DNA of 50,397 nt, counting the filler, from Jimgerdemannia flammicorona (Eukaryota), in the NCBI GenBank assembly GCA_003990765.1. It is 2 parts of 2 records of this genome, joined end to end, with 100 filler letters (N's around TTAATTAATTAA, not from the genome) between each part and the next. Parts side by side here need not be neighbours in the genome. Positions count along the whole stretch, not along the records: positions 25,252 to 50,397 come from RBNJ01000877.1; 1 more part is not named here. One strand, 5' to 3'. The position numbers and the translations under genes were made by a program. The notes below the pieces were generated by a model. The model was not told where the DNA came from and made no database searches. It was given only the letters and a program-made list of their open reading frames with translations. Positions 49,319-50,397 of this stretch are shown here, piece after piece (the first letter of the stretch is position 1; each line of letters begins with the position of its first letter).

Positions 49319-50078
49319 CATTTAGACTTCTGTATTTATTACCAACTAGTCTATATTATACTATTATAGAGTAACTCTTCACTTAATTCCACAGGGGGCT
49401 CTTCTTCTCTCTCCATCTTTTCAAAAAGATACTACTCCCTCCACTACTCTAATTCTTCTCCCACTCTACTTGCAAATCTTCTCTATAAGTCTCTGATAGA
49501 GACTCCCTCAAGAGCTCTATTCTCTCTACCATCTATTTAAAAGCTCCAACACCAGCCACTTCTATCTAGCTACCTATACCCCTAGTGTTAACTTTTGGCC
49601 ATCCTCAAAAACATATAGCTAATATCCAGCAAACTCAACCCAAATAGCTAGAGCCCACTCAACTATTAAATACTCATCACTAACCCCCTCCCACCAATCT
49701 TGCCTAAAGGGTAGCCCATCTTCCTTCCACCCTCTGCTCAAGAGAGTACATCTCTAGCTAGCCCTTAATTGCTCTCCAGAAGTCCTCCAATATCTCATAC
49801 TCTTCTAGTTAGTGTTCAGAGATCTGAACTACCCCCCCCCCTCTCTTGCCCAATATTAAAGCACTTCTTACACTCTAAGGCACCACCTTTAACCAGATAT
49901 CCTGACTGAAAGTTCAAAATCACATTATACCACAGAAGTCTCCACCATACTATCCAAAACTTGAGTGGAAGCTACCATACCACTAACTTACTCTATGACT
50001 AGATATTAGTTTAGTCTCACTCTTTACTAATTCTCACTACCTATCAAGCCTCTTACAGATTTCCCCCTTACTCTTATA
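49287..50078 (-). mobile_element. LINE D: 3' fragment of the same L1/Tx1-like group, ending at an (AT)13 tract
   Basis: Its 3' end ttatagtcatttagact matches LINE A ttatagtcccttagact. 49900-50040 is homologous to 17250-17370. Confidence 0.8.
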
Positions 50079-50397
50079 TAGTGCTCCGAACGAGTCAATC
50101 CGGATCAACTCGGATGGGATTCGAATCCCATCCGGATGGATTCGAATCGGATTCGAATCAACCCTTGTTTTGATTTCCAAATTAGACAATTAAATGTTTA
50201 CATCAATAACTTGATGAATAATCATCCAAATTTGATGATCTTGGTGTCATTTGAAAGCCCTTAATAAAGCCTTTCTAATGATACCAAGAACATTAAAATC
50301 GGATTACGTGTTGCCGAGATATTAAGGAAAACGTTCCATTTGACGAAATTTCCAAAATCGGCAAATCAAAGAATTTCCAAAATCGGCGATTCAGACG
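50079..50397. mobile_element. One end of a young, CpG-intact hAT-type element (TAGTGCTC end) inserted in LINE D; runs out of the window
   Basis: Starts tagtgctccgaacgagtcaatccggatc, has GGATTCGAATC subterminal repeats and an internal palindrome like the decayed MITEs. Predicted TSD ctcttata. Confidence 0.8.

Overview
This is a repeat-saturated eukaryotic window, probably fungal (inferred from TE types and GT-AG introns with CTAAT branch sites). About 90% is nested, decayed transposons. They are: two related dUTPase-bearing Ty3/gypsy elements (E1 about 450-12462; E2 35619-44095, both LTRs present), a related solo LTR (44106-45685), two decayed minus-strand Ty3/gypsy elements, five minus-strand L1/Tx1-like LINE pieces, two copia remnants, a 5.8-kb hAT DNA transposon with an 8-bp TSD, and several hAT-type MITEs. 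The repeats are almost CpG-free and full of C>T/G>A stops. Only a 3.2-kb island (about 32350-35530, with a small intron-containing gene) and a young hAT-type end (50079-end) keep their CpGs. The most interesting system is the E2-family LTR (1.3-1.6 kb). It contains its own gene cassette: TATA, a roughly 280-codon ORF conserved in all three copies, a 35-bp repeat array, then the normal TATA/AATAAA. The encoded protein aligns by eye with the small ORF that the short-LTR sister E1 carries after integrase. These elements also show a Cys/His module and dUTPase between protease and RT, and an integrase in a separate overlapping ORF. All alignments were made by eye. Boundaries are approximate unless TIR, TSD or LTR ends are quoted.
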